Assembly (NCBI GenBank): GCA_045601925.1
Contig: JAZSAP010000092.1
Coordinates: forward strand, 1,723-65,722
Source: Lawsonibacter sp.
GTDB lineage: Bacteria > Bacillota > Clostridia > Oscillospirales > Oscillospiraceae
Reading direction: 5' to 3'
DNA length: 64,000 bases
In this document: positions 23,084-31,957 of the stretch, in pieces
Layout of the letters: each line of letters opens with the position of its first letter
Position numbering within the stretch: position 1 is the first letter of the stretch
Notes under the pieces: model-generated
The model's input: only the letters and a program-made list of their open reading frames with translations
The model's database searches: none
What the model was told of the DNA's origin: nothing
Position numbers and translations under genes: made by a program

Positions 23084-24286
23084 ATGGCCGACCAACTCGG
23101 TATCTATATTCATATCCCCTTCTGCCGTAGCAAATGCGACTACTGTGACTTCTACTCCCTGTCCGGCCGCGAAGCGGACATGGACCGCTATCAAAAGGCC
23201 CTGCTGGCCCACATCAAGGAGTCCGCCCCCCACGCAAAAGGTACGGAGGTGGACACCATCTACTTCGGCGGCGGCACCCCCAGCTATTACGGCGCCCCCC
23301 GGCTCAAAACTCTGCTGACCGCCCTGCGCAAGCAGTTTCGCGTGTGTAAGGATGCCGAGATCACGCTGGAAGCCAACCCCGACAGCGTAGACCTGCGTTC
23401 CCTGAAACAGCTGCGCCGGGCAGGTTTCAACCGCCTGTCCCTCGGCGTCCAGTCCACCTGCGACGCCCATTTGCAGGCCCTGCACCGCCCTCATAATTTT
23501 CAACAGACCCGGAATGCGGTCGAAGCCGCCCGCGAAGCAGGCTTCGACAATTTGAGCCTGGACCTCATCTACGGTCTGCCCGGACAGGACATGGCCGCCT
23601 GGCAGGACACGCTGGAGCAGACTCTGGCCCTGGAACCCAACCACCTGTCCTGCTACGGCCTGAAGGTAGAGGACGGCACCCCCCTCTCCCTCCGGGTGGC
23701 CCAGGGTTTGGTCCTCCCCGACGACGACCTGCAGGCCGATATGTACCTGCACACCGTAGAGCGGCTGGCCCAGGCCGGCTATCAGCAATATGAGATCTCC
23801 AACTTCGCCCAGCCGGGCAGAGAGTCCTGCCACAACCTGCGCTACTGGCTCACCCGCCCCTACATCGGCTTCGGTCCCGGTGCCCACTCCGACTTCGGCG
23901 GTCGGCGGTACAGCTTCGTCCGGGATCTGGACGGCTATATCCACGGCGTGTTGAACGGCTCCAATATCATCGACTCCTCCGACCTCGTCCCCGACCGTGA
24001 TCGGGGCGGCGAATACCTGATGCTCCGCTTGCGTACCACCCTCGGCATTGAGGAATGGGAATACCGCCGCACCTACTTCATGAACTTCGCGCCCTTGGAG
24101 GAATTGCTTCTGTCTTATGAGCGTCTCGGTTTCGCCACCCGGATAGAAGGCCGCTGGCGCCTGACCCCAAAGGGCTTCCTTCTGTCCAACCAGCTCATCG
24201 GCCTGCTCATGGAGCGTCAGGAGCGATCCAGTCTGGAAACCCTCCTGCCCCGTCTGCAGCGCGAACCACTCTCCAACAAAGAATAA
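23084..24286 (+). CDS. hemW: Radical SAM heme chaperone HemW
   Basis: YIHIPFCRSKCDYCDF, YFGGGTPS, YEISNF and the HNxxYW motif. Confidence 0.93.
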   Translation: MADQLGIYIHIPFCRSKCDYCDFYSLSGREADMDRYQKALLAHIKESAPHAKGTEVDTIYFGGGTPSYYGAPRLKTLLTALRKQFRVCKDAEITLEANPDSVDLRSLKQLRRAGFNRLSLGVQSTCDAHLQALHRPHNFQQTRNAVEAAREAGFDNLSLDLIYGLPGQDMAAWQDTLEQTLALEPNHLSCYGLKVEDGTPLSLRVAQGLVLPDDDLQADMYLHTVERLAQAGYQQYEISNFAQPGRESCHNLRYWLTRPYIGFGPGAHSDFGGRRYSFVRDLDGYIHGVLNGSNIIDSSDLVPDRDRGGEYLMLRLRTTLGIEEWEYRRTYFMNFAPLEELLLSYERLGFATRIEGRWRLTPKGFLLSNQLIGLLMERQERSSLETLLPRLQREPLSNKE

Positions 24287-24326
24287 ACAGAACCCCGGGC
24301 CCCTCGGCCCGGGGTTCTGTTTATTC
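24281..24326. terminator. Bidirectional terminator whose arms contain both convergent stop codons
   Basis: Perfect 20 bp inverted repeat gaataaacagaaccccgggc / gcccggggttctgtttattc. Confidence 0.85.
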
Positions 24327-24881
24327 CACCATTTTTTCAAGGTCGTCCCAGTTCAGCGCCTGCAGCTCGCGCCAGGTCATCTGCCGCTCCTCCATCTGCC
24401 GCCATGTCTGATACCAGAACAAATACCGCACCAGCAGGTGGGCCGGCAGAATGTCCTCCACCAGCATCCGGATGCGCTCAAACTCCTCTGGAATACCCGG
24501 CACATCAGGAAAGTGTACCTCTACCGTGTTGATCTGTCCCGTTTCCTGTACCACAGCATTCAGGCCGCAGCCCGCCAGCGTGCTGTTCAGCGCTTGACAG
24601 GTAAAACTACCCTCTCCGATGCGGTTCAGCGCCGTCAGCGCCTGTGCCAGCTGCTCGGGCTGCCGAGTGGCCGGCCTGCGGGCAAACAGCTTTGCCGCCT
24701 GCTCCAAACCTTCCTCCCGCGCCGTGATCAGGCACATCTCCCGCTGGATCCGTTCCAATTCCGCCTCCAAACGGTCCATGGCCGCACCCACGCACTCCAG
24801 TTCTGCCCCCAGGTAAGAGTCCTCCAACCGGTATACCCCAAGCGGCTGCAGCAGTGCCTTCATATTCGCCGCGTAGCTCAC
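24321..24881 (-). CDS. Baseplate protein, YmfQ/XkdU (DUF2313)-like
   Basis: Follows baseplate J with a GTGA overlap. EDILPAHL motif and a C-terminal TW repeat. Confidence 0.7.
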   Translation of the reverse strand: MSYAANMKALLQPLGVYRLEDSYLGAELECVGAAMDRLEAELERIQREMCLITAREEGLEQAAKLFARRPATRQPEQLAQALTALNRIGEGSFTCQALNSTLAGCGLNAVVQETGQINTVEVHFPDVPGIPEEFERIRMLVEDILPAHLLVRYLFWYQTWRQMEERQMTWRELQALNWDDLEKMVE

Positions 24882-25924
24882 ACCATCGCCTCCACCGTCA
24901 GCCGACCCAGAACAGGCAGCTGTCCGCACTCTATGACCACATCCTGTTCCGGCAGCACCAATTCATAATTTTCAACCCCATCGACCCCGTAAGTCAGGCT
25001 GCCCAGCTTGGCGCGCAGCACGTTTTTACCCAGTAGTTCACCTGAAAACCAGTTGTTTACCTCCTGCTTCACCTGCTGGGAAACCGTCTGAACGTCCTGC
25101 GCCGCAATGCGGATCGTCACATCCACCGGCACCGTTTTCGGCCCACTCACTGCCACGTCCACCGCAATCTCTCGGTTTTGCTCCATCTGTCGGCTAATGG
25201 CATCCAAAAGTGCCTGCTCCGGGATACCCTCCCGGGTGGCAACCACCACGTCCACCGTACCAACGCCACGTCTTTTGGGAATAGCCACCGCCGCCGCCAC
25301 CTGGTCAAAGGACATGGCCACCTGCTCATAATAGGCGCAGTTTGCCCCGTTTGGCAGCCGCGCAAAGCTATCCAAAATCCTCCGGCGCAGCTGCTCGTCA
25401 CTCTCCTGATCCGCGCCCAGACTCATGGCCACGGGGTTGCTGCAGCCTGTGATCCCCACCGGAGCCGTCGCCAGCACGTTCACACTGCCCGCACTCACGT
25501 TGCCTGCCGCTCCCGCCTGCACCGCCTGCACGGGAACGTCCACATATTTCTCCCCCGCAGCCAGCACGCCGTCCTGCAATGTCGCAAACCGCACGTAACC
25601 CTGTGTCATGCACACCGTCCCGGCGGGAACGACCCTGTCGCTCTCCCCGGCGCCGTCCGCGTAAAAGCGCACCACACCCCGGGCGTATTCCGCACCCTTG
25701 CGTTCCAGCGCCCGTAGCTGAGCGTGGCGATCCAAATATTCCCCTGCAGCGGTCTGGGGAAAACACTGTCTGTTCACCCAGTCCGCCTGTGCGTACAGCG
25801 CATAAACCTGTGCTGCTGCCGCGTACAGGCGGGCCGCAAGGTCTGCCCCTTCCGCGATCTCCATTCCGGTCCGGGCCGAGAAGTCCGCCCGCATTTCACC
25901 GTAAAGTTCCTCAATCGTCTTCAT
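24878..25924 (-). CDS. Baseplate J/gp47 (XkdT-like) protein
   Basis: QTAAGEYLDRHA, GAAGNV, GADQESDEQLRRRI and RGVGTVDV. Confidence 0.9.
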   Translation of the reverse strand: MKTIEELYGEMRADFSARTGMEIAEGADLAARLYAAAAQVYALYAQADWVNRQCFPQTAAGEYLDRHAQLRALERKGAEYARGVVRFYADGAGESDRVVPAGTVCMTQGYVRFATLQDGVLAAGEKYVDVPVQAVQAGAAGNVSAGSVNVLATAPVGITGCSNPVAMSLGADQESDEQLRRRILDSFARLPNGANCAYYEQVAMSFDQVAAAVAIPKRRGVGTVDVVVATREGIPEQALLDAISRQMEQNREIAVDVAVSGPKTVPVDVTIRIAAQDVQTVSQQVKQEVNNWFSGELLGKNVLRAKLGSLTYGVDGVENYELVLPEQDVVIECGQLPVLGRLTVEAMV

Positions 25925-26279
25925 CTGTCACCCCTCCAAGCTGCGCCGTGACCGCCGCACTCCCGTTCTCCCACTTGAGATGCACCGTCACCTGCGCTCG
26001 GCCCGCCTTCTCTGCGTATGCAACCTCCGTCACCGTAACGTCCTCACCTTCCAGTGCCTGGGCCACGTACTGCGCACACAAACCCTGCCGCGCGCTGGCT
26101 TTCTCCCGACACAGCGTATGCAGCTTGCTGCCCAGCTCCGGCAGAAAGGGAAACGCTCCCCGCCGCGCCTGCAGCTTAAACAGCACCCGCTGCAGCATCG
26201 CCTGCTCCCCCTGCACTGTCGCAAAGCCACCCGCACCATTGGGGATCAGGTCACCGTCTTTCATCTTCCATTCTGTCAT
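25911..26279 (-). CDS. Baseplate wedge/sheath initiator (gp25/XkdS-like)
   Basis: Position before baseplate J. RGAFPFLPELGS motif typical of gp25/gp46-like proteins. Confidence 0.7.
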   Translation of the reverse strand: MTEWKMKDGDLIPNGAGGFATVQGEQAMLQRVLFKLQARRGAFPFLPELGSKLHTLCREKASARQGLCAQYVAQALEGEDVTVTEVAYAEKAGRAQVTVHLKWENGSAAVTAQLGGVTDEDD

Positions 26280-26690
26280 TTAGGTTCCCTCCTGCCGGGC
26301 CAGCGCCCGTTCCACTGCCAACTCGACCAGCGCTTCCAGCTCCACGCCGTTGACCAGCACCGCCCCCTGCAGCCGCACTCGCCCCTCTGCATCCAGCCTG
26401 ACAGAACACCCCCGGCCATACAGTTCCACCTCACCGGGATTCAAGTCGTTTGGCCCCGTATCCATTCCGGCCATAATGCAGGCCGCCTCCGCATCCGCAC
26501 CGGTCTTGATGACCAGCACCTGCTGTCCGTTTTCAGGCTTCCATCGATACCCGCCCGGGGCCGCCACCGGCAGCAGCCGCTGATGTCCGTCCGCATACAC
26601 TCCGGTCTGTTCTCCCTGGGCCGTCACCACCCCCATGCGCGCATCGTGTTCCTGCCTTCCCATGCACCTGCTCTGTTGTGAAATCCACAT
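26280..26690 (-). CDS. Putative baseplate spike (Mu gp45/gpV-like), short
   Basis: Synteny between hub and wedge genes. APGGYRWKP and LNPGEVELY followed by short beta strands. Confidence 0.6.
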   Translation of the reverse strand: MWISQQSRCMGRQEHDARMGVVTAQGEQTGVYADGHQRLLPVAAPGGYRWKPENGQQVLVIKTGADAEAACIMAGMDTGPNDLNPGEVELYGRGCSVRLDAEGRVRLQGAVLVNGVELEALVELAVERALARQEGT

Positions 26691-26700
26691 TCCGCTCACC

Positions 26701-27654
26701 TCACAGCATAACGTCCGGAGGCAGCAGTTCCAGTCTGGTCCTGTACCCGCCGCCGTCCATACGCACCACGGCTCGGGCCACCCGCCATCGCCCGTCAAAA
26801 GTTGGGTTCCACCCCTCCACCTGTACCAGCTCTCCGGGCCAGGCGGCAAAGGCGACCGACAGTTCCATCTCCAGTTCCAACTGCCGCTGCCGGGACTTCT
26901 CCAGCTGATACTGTCCCTGATACCGCATGGCCTGGTAGTTGCTCTTCTCCGGCATGGTAAACATTCTTCGGCTCTGTCCGCCACCATCCTTAAAGCTTTG
27001 GTTGACCACTTTTTCCACCTTTGCCGACGTGCCGCGGTCCCGTACCCATACCTCGCTGAGCACGCCGTATCTGCGGTATCTGCCCGTAAGCGCCGTCACC
27101 GCGCTCCTGCGGTCGATCCTGCGCACCGTGCTGTCATCCCAGCCGGCCAGTATCAGCTTCCCCTCCCGGTCAAACCGCGGTGTGACCCCGCCGTAAAACC
27201 GCGCAAACTGATACAGCACCGACCACTCGCTGCTCCCCGCCGAAACCGAAAGCCCTCGCACCGCCGGCAGCGATTCCCGCCTCACCACCTCAATGCCATA
27301 GGGCAGCACGTGGTTGCACAGAATATCCTCCGCTGTCGCCAGCGTATACTCCGCGCTCTGTGCCTCGTTATCCAGCAGCAGGGCCGCAAGACCCCGCCCG
27401 CTGACTTCCAGCCTGCTGCCTGCCCCGGACCGGGTGACCACGCACTCGTCCACCACACCCGCGAACACAGTCTGTTCCCCTTCCCGGGCCTCAAAGCGAA
27501 CCGCCTCGGCCAGCACCTGCTCCTGCCCCGCATCCCACATGCATACCACCCGAAAGCTGTCGCAGGGCGTGGCGCAGCCGTAATCCAGTTCCCATTCCAG
27601 CATGGCGGGCAGCGCCCAGCGTCGCCCATCTGCTGTCAGCAGCCAGCCTTTCAT
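26701..27654 (-). CDS. Baseplate hub/late control protein (XkdQ/Mu gp44-like)
   Basis: VFAGVVDE, VSGRG..LLD and GSSEW motifs, size and position. Confidence 0.7.
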   Translation of the reverse strand: MKGWLLTADGRRWALPAMLEWELDYGCATPCDSFRVVCMWDAGQEQVLAEAVRFEAREGEQTVFAGVVDECVVTRSGAGSRLEVSGRGLAALLLDNEAQSAEYTLATAEDILCNHVLPYGIEVVRRESLPAVRGLSVSAGSSEWSVLYQFARFYGGVTPRFDREGKLILAGWDDSTVRRIDRRSAVTALTGRYRRYGVLSEVWVRDRGTSAKVEKVVNQSFKDGGGQSRRMFTMPEKSNYQAMRYQGQYQLEKSRQRQLELEMELSVAFAAWPGELVQVEGWNPTFDGRWRVARAVVRMDGGGYRTRLELLPPDVML

Positions 27655-28220
27655 TTGACCACCACTTCCTGCCCCACCCGGATAAGGTTGGGGTTTTTAA
27701 TGTTGGGATTTCGCTCAAGGAGCTGTTCCAGCGTCACCCCATAGCGGCGGGCAATGGCCCACAGGGTGTCCCCTTTCACCACCGTGTGAACCGTCCCGCC
27801 GACCTGTACCGGCCGCCCACTCTGCTCCACCGTTTCCTGCTTCAGCTTGCCGTCATAGCAGTCCAGCTCCTCCCAAAATGTAAAGCTGTAACTGACGTAA
27901 TCCGGTCTTGGCTCCTGCTTCAGCGTCAATTCCACAAAATAGGCGTTGGCCGCCTGCCACAGAGGGTGGATCAGCGGACCCGCCCCCTCCTTGTAAAACA
28001 CGTTTGCCAACGCGCCAAACTGTGCGTAAGCATCCTGCCCCACAAATTCGCCTTCCCCGCGCATCACCCGCCGGGTCCGGCCCAGATCCTGCAGCCGGTA
28101 CTGCCCAAAAGGCACCTTGTCCACCGCGACCTGCCGCTCGTAGTCAATGGTGTATACCTTGGGGTTGTGCGGCCAAACGTAATCCTTATATCTCATCGGG
28201 TTCAATTTCATGTCTGTCAC
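27651..28220 (-). CDS. LysM-domain tail tube initiator (XkdP-like)
   Basis: C-terminal LysM HTVVKGDTLWAIARRYG...NPNIKNPNLIRVGQ and a tube-like N-terminus (WPHNP). Confidence 0.85.
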   Translation of the reverse strand: MTDMKLNPMRYKDYVWPHNPKVYTIDYERQVAVDKVPFGQYRLQDLGRTRRVMRGEGEFVGQDAYAQFGALANVFYKEGAGPLIHPLWQAANAYFVELTLKQEPRPDYVSYSFTFWEELDCYDGKLKQETVEQSGRPVQVGGTVHTVVKGDTLWAIARRYGVTLEQLLERNPNIKNPNLIRVGQEVVVK

Positions 28221-28238
28221 CTCTGCCCCGTCAACTCA

Positions 28239-28691
28239 TCAAAACAGCCCCAGGGGGCCATCATACCGCCGGGCATCACGCTGGAATTCCGCGTCCAGCA
28301 AACCGGCCAGTCCGCGCTGCACCCCCGGCGCGGCAGCGTTCAGTCTTCGCGCATCCTGTCCATAGACCGTCCCCGCCTGCTCTGCCGCCTGCCGTTTCCA
28401 CACCTGCGCCGCCTGCTGTACTTTCCCTCGGGCCACCGCCCGTTCCAACATCAGCAGCTGCTCCTGCAATCCCGCTCTCCCGGCTGCTTCAGCCTGCACT
28501 TGCACCCGTCGGCCCTGTCCGCCTTCCTGTGGGCCGGGCCGCTGCCCTGCGGCCTGCGGACCATCGACAGTCCCGTGCATACCGGTCGCACCTTCCGGCC
28601 CGCGATAGCCCGCCGTCCGCCTCCACGTGAACGCTTCGCGTTCTTCCTCATCCTGCTGTTCATCCAGCAGCAGCTCCAAATAGTCGGTCAT
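28239..28691 (-). CDS. Hypothetical Ala/Gln-rich protein in the tape-measure position (putative mini tape measure)
   Basis: 150 aa ORF between the chaperone pair and the LysM gene, with an ATGA overlap. Function inferred from synteny only. Confidence 0.5.
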   Translation of the reverse strand: MTDYLELLLDEQQDEEEREAFTWRRTAGYRGPEGATGMHGTVDGPQAAGQRPGPQEGGQGRRVQVQAEAAGRAGLQEQLLMLERAVARGKVQQAAQVWKRQAAEQAGTVYGQDARRLNAAAPGVQRGLAGLLDAEFQRDARRYDGPLGLF

Positions 28692-28990
28692 TCCTGCAGC
28701 CCCCGTTTCATCCGTTCAAATCGTGCCATGTCAAAGCCTTGGTTGACCGACCCCTCACACAGCGCCAGCGGCGCACCGCAGCTGATGCACCGTTCCTCCA
28801 TGGCCCTGTCCCGGCAAGCGGGGCATAACCCCGCCAGTTCCTCTTCTTCATCCAGCATCAAATTCAATGCGCACCACAGAAAATCCCGGTCCTTCATCCT
28901 GTGGACCCGTTCCTCCGTGGGCAGGGCTGAAAATGCTCGCAGCACGCGCCAGTACAGCCGCTCCTCCCGGGCGTGCTCCAGACTTTTTTT
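28688..28990 (-). CDS. Tail assembly chaperone -1 frameshift extension (gpT-like) with two CxxC motifs
   Basis: The -1 frame is open from the A7 slippery run at 28984-28990 to the stop at 28688. Confidence 0.65.
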   Translation of the reverse strand, partial: KKSLEHAREERLYWRVLRAFSALPTEERVHRMKDRDFLWCALNLMLDEEEELAGLCPACRDRAMEERCISCGAPLALCEGSVNQGFDMARFERMKRGLQE

Positions 28991-29322
28991 AGCTTGTCCG
29001 CCCCCGCGTCATCCACATTCGGTCCGGGGTTGGCCTGGCGGTTGAATTCGGCCCACCGTCCGGCCAGCTGCCCGATTTCCTCCACCGTCAGCTCCGCCAG
29101 CACCTGCGCCCCATCCTGAAACTGTGGCTCATCGCCCCGCATCACCACCTTGGCCAGCAGACAGGCATTGGCGCACAGCGCCATCTCCCGTTCCTCACCG
29201 GCCAGTTGGCGGGCCTGCGCCCTGGCCTGCAGCACCTCAAAGGCACTCAGCAGCCGCAGCTGCCGGCCATCCTCCAGTTCCAACCATTCCGGGCCACTCA
29301 AAAGTCCCCACTTCATGCTCAC
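28894..29322 (-). CDS. Tail assembly chaperone (gpG/XkdN-like)
   Basis: Directly follows the tail tube gene and carries an LKK slippery site near its end. Confidence 0.7.
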   Translation of the reverse strand: MSMKWGLLSGPEWLELEDGRQLRLLSAFEVLQARAQARQLAGEEREMALCANACLLAKVVMRGDEPQFQDGAQVLAELTVEEIGQLAGRWAEFNRQANPGPNVDDAGADKLKKVWSTPGRSGCTGACCEHFQPCPRRNGSTG

Positions 29323-29708
29323 AGTTCCATCTCAATGCGCTTGGATGCCACCACTTTTACCTTTTCCAGCACCATATCGCCCAAGCCCGCCTCTTCGCTG
29401 ATGCTGCTCCACTGACAATCGGAGTAAATGATCCGTCTGTCCGGCTTGGAGATGACCAGCGAAAATCCCTCCAGCCTGTAAAAATCAATGCCGTCCCGAA
29501 TGGCTTCGTCGGTGGCATACAGCCGGGTCAGCTCCAGCTCATGCTTCACCGGACCTGCCACCGTAGCCACAGGCTGTTTCTCGCCGAAGGCCTCCACCGT
29601 ACTGCTGGTCTTGGTGGCCTTGGCGCTGTAGCTCTGCACCACAGCCACCTTGGTGCCGTCCACCTCCAAATAGATGTCGCTGCTGGTAGGAAAACCAGTT
29701 ACCGTCAT
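29319..29708 (-). CDS. Tail tube protein
   Basis: 129 aa beta-rich ORF directly after the sheath, with a strong GGAGG RBS. Confidence 0.7.
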   Translation of the reverse strand: MTVTGFPTSSDIYLEVDGTKVAVVQSYSAKATKTSSTVEAFGEKQPVATVAGPVKHELELTRLYATDEAIRDGIDFYRLEGFSLVISKPDRRIIYSDCQWSSISEEAGLGDMVLEKVKVVASKRIEMEL

Positions 29709-29719
29709 GTTCTCCCTCC

Positions 29720-30772
29720 TTAAACCGTAATGTGAGCGCTGAGCCAGATCTGGTTAATGCCGTGGGTCACCGTAAAGGCAAAGTCCACCAGACACCGGGT
29801 GGGCTCCTCACTGTCCTGAACCACGCGCACCCCGTCGTAAGCCGTGATGATCTCCCGATCCAACTTGTTCTCCAGCTCCAGCACCACCTGGGAGCGGATC
29901 GCCCCACGGCTCTGGGCCGTGTTCTTCGCTCTGCGGAATCGACTCTTGAGCGCATTGCGAATGGCGGGGATCACGTCATCCACCACCAGAATGGCCGACA
30001 GATCTCTCCACGTGCTGTCTGCCGCACCTGCCGTGGTGGTGCGGGTGGTCACACCGCGCACCACGCTGACCGTGCCGGCCACGCTTTCCGCCGCCGTCAC
30101 ACCGCCGCGGATCAGCACATCCAGTTCGCTGTCATCGTAAGCCGCAGCCAGTCCGTGCAGACCCATCAGCTGCGCACCGCCAAGGGGGACCGCCGGATCT
30201 GCGAGGCCCGCCACCGCACCGGCCATGGCCGCCGCCAGTTCCACGCCGGACAGCGCCTTGCCCTCACCGTCCACACAGCCGGGAGCCGCCAGCACCACGC
30301 GCTCGCTGTTCAACGCCGCCGCCCGCTCCACCAGCGCATCCACGTCTTCGTCCGCACCGCCAGCCACCACGGCGATGCGTTCTCTCTGGGCGGCAGAAGC
30401 AGTGTTTACACTGTCCCGCAACGCCTGCTGCACCGACAGCTCCACACTGTCGCACACCACCACCGCCAAATTCTCCGCTGCCGCCATGGCGGCAAATGCC
30501 GCGGCGTAGTCCTCCCCCTTCACGGGGAACACGCTCACCTGGGCCGCGCCGTTCTGCAGCAGCAGACGCACCAGGGCGGTAACCCCCTCCGCCTGCTCCG
30601 GGCCAAAGGCCTCCACCGCCTGCTCATAGCGGGTAATGTTCCACATCGTCTTGGCCGGCTCGGTCATCTTCGCCGCCAGACCTGCGTTCTTTCGCCCCGC
30701 AGATGCACTCACCGCCGCAGACGCCTCGTAACCGGTATATACGCCCGGTCTTTCATGGGCTGTAATGCTCAT
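29720..30772 (-). CDS. Contractile tail sheath protein (minimal, 350 aa)
   Basis: N-terminal RPGVY and a sheath C-terminal domain (LIRGGVT, VVRGVTT, ILVVDDV, KNT). Confidence 0.85.
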   Translation of the reverse strand: MSITAHERPGVYTGYEASAAVSASAGRKNAGLAAKMTEPAKTMWNITRYEQAVEAFGPEQAEGVTALVRLLLQNGAAQVSVFPVKGEDYAAAFAAMAAAENLAVVVCDSVELSVQQALRDSVNTASAAQRERIAVVAGGADEDVDALVERAAALNSERVVLAAPGCVDGEGKALSGVELAAAMAGAVAGLADPAVPLGGAQLMGLHGLAAAYDDSELDVLIRGGVTAAESVAGTVSVVRGVTTRTTTAGAADSTWRDLSAILVVDDVIPAIRNALKSRFRRAKNTAQSRGAIRSQVVLELENKLDREIITAYDGVRVVQDSEEPTRCLVDFAFTVTHGINQIWLSAHITV

Positions 30773-31269
30773 ACCTTCCTATCCCCTCTCAAGGTAAAAT
30801 CAAGGATGTCCGCCGCCTCTTCGCCGGTTGCCCACAGCCAGCCGTCGCAGCTGACCGTGCAGCCCAGCCGCAGCAGACCTTCCTTCTGGTCAAATTTGAT
30901 TTCCTCACCGGTCAGCTTCCGCACCGTCAACCCACAGGGGCGCTTTCCCTGAAGCACCTCCACAAGCTTTTGAAACAGCCGCCTGCACGCCCCGGCCCCC
31001 ATCTCCGCGGATGCCAGTATATCCAGGGAAAACTCCAGTTTAGCCTTCCTTCCGTACCATTCCACGACCTGACCGCTGGCCTCATCCAACCGCTGCCCCA
31101 GATAATTCTGCAGCCCCACCGGCTCGCAATTCATCTTGGCCAAAGCCACCAGTACCAGCGCCTGCTGCAGCCGCTCCCTGCGCCCCTCGGGCCAGCAGGC
31201 CGCCGCCGGAATTTCATTCTCCCGCAGGAACTGTGCCATCTCCTCCTGCAGCTTCTCCAGTTCCATCAC
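30769..31269 (-). CDS. Putative tail terminator/completion protein
   Basis: Synteny immediately before the sheath, with an overlapping start/stop. Confidence 0.5.
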   Translation of the reverse strand: MMELEKLQEEMAQFLRENEIPAAACWPEGRRERLQQALVLVALAKMNCEPVGLQNYLGQRLDEASGQVVEWYGRKAKLEFSLDILASAEMGAGACRRLFQKLVEVLQGKRPCGLTVRKLTGEEIKFDQKEGLLRLGCTVSCDGWLWATGEEAADILDFTLRGDRKV

Positions 31270-31601
31270 GGCACCTCCCGCTCTCTGCGATCAAACACCG
31301 CCCACCAGTGGGTCAACTGACCGCCGGCATACACCGGCTGCGCCGTGCGCATGCGATAGCAAATGCCGTCGGCCTCCAACCGGCAGTTGCCGCCTTCCAG
31401 GCTCACCTGCGCCGGTCCAATGTAAGTAAATTTATCCTGTATGGCCCAACCCAGCGGGGTGGGGACGGCCTTGGCCGTCCCCCTGTCCCGCACAGGCTGA
31501 AAACATGCTTTCACCGTCACGCCCTCCGGGTGCTGCCCGGTGTAAAGGGTCACCGTGCGGCCAAACCGCTCCAGTTCCCTTCCGATTTTCTCCTGCATCA
31601 T
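31266..31601 (-). CDS. Putative head-closure/stopper protein
   Basis: 111 aa beta-rich ORF (FGRTVTL) after the adaptor. Confidence 0.5.
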   Translation of the reverse strand: MMQEKIGRELERFGRTVTLYTGQHPEGVTVKACFQPVRDRGTAKAVPTPLGWAIQDKFTYIGPAQVSLEGGNCRLEADGICYRMRTAQPVYAGGQLTHWWAVFDRREREVP

Positions 31602-31957
31602 CAGCCATCCACTCCACAGAACATAAAGCTAGTGTCCCGCAGCCAGCCTGCCATCAGCTCTCCGGCCTGTCTGCGCAGCAACTTCGCCCGCTGCCCGGCA
31701 TCGCCGCTTTGCACGCTCACGTCGCCGGCCGTAAACCGTTCAGCCTGCCCCACCGCCCGGCTCACTTCCAGTCCGGCCAGGGCCATCCACGCCCCGGCCA
31801 GCACAAAGCACTGCCCACAGTCCTCCGGCTTCACCCCGTCCCGCAGCCGCTCCTGCAGCTGTCGGAACGCCGCCTCGCACAGACCGTCCAGCGCACCGTA
31901 CTCCTGCTCTTCCACCCGGCCCAAAGACCGGGCCAGCTCCGCCATCTGCCGGACCAT
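31601..31957 (-). CDS. Putative head-tail adaptor protein
   Basis: 118 aa helical ORF after the capsid gene with an FTAGDVSV beta hairpin, as in gp6/gp15-type adaptors. Confidence 0.55.
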   Translation of the reverse strand: MVRQMAELARSLGRVEEQEYGALDGLCEAAFRQLQERLRDGVKPEDCGQCFVLAGAWMALAGLEVSRAVGQAERFTAGDVSVQSGDAGQRAKLLRRQAGELMAGWLRDTSFMFCGVDG

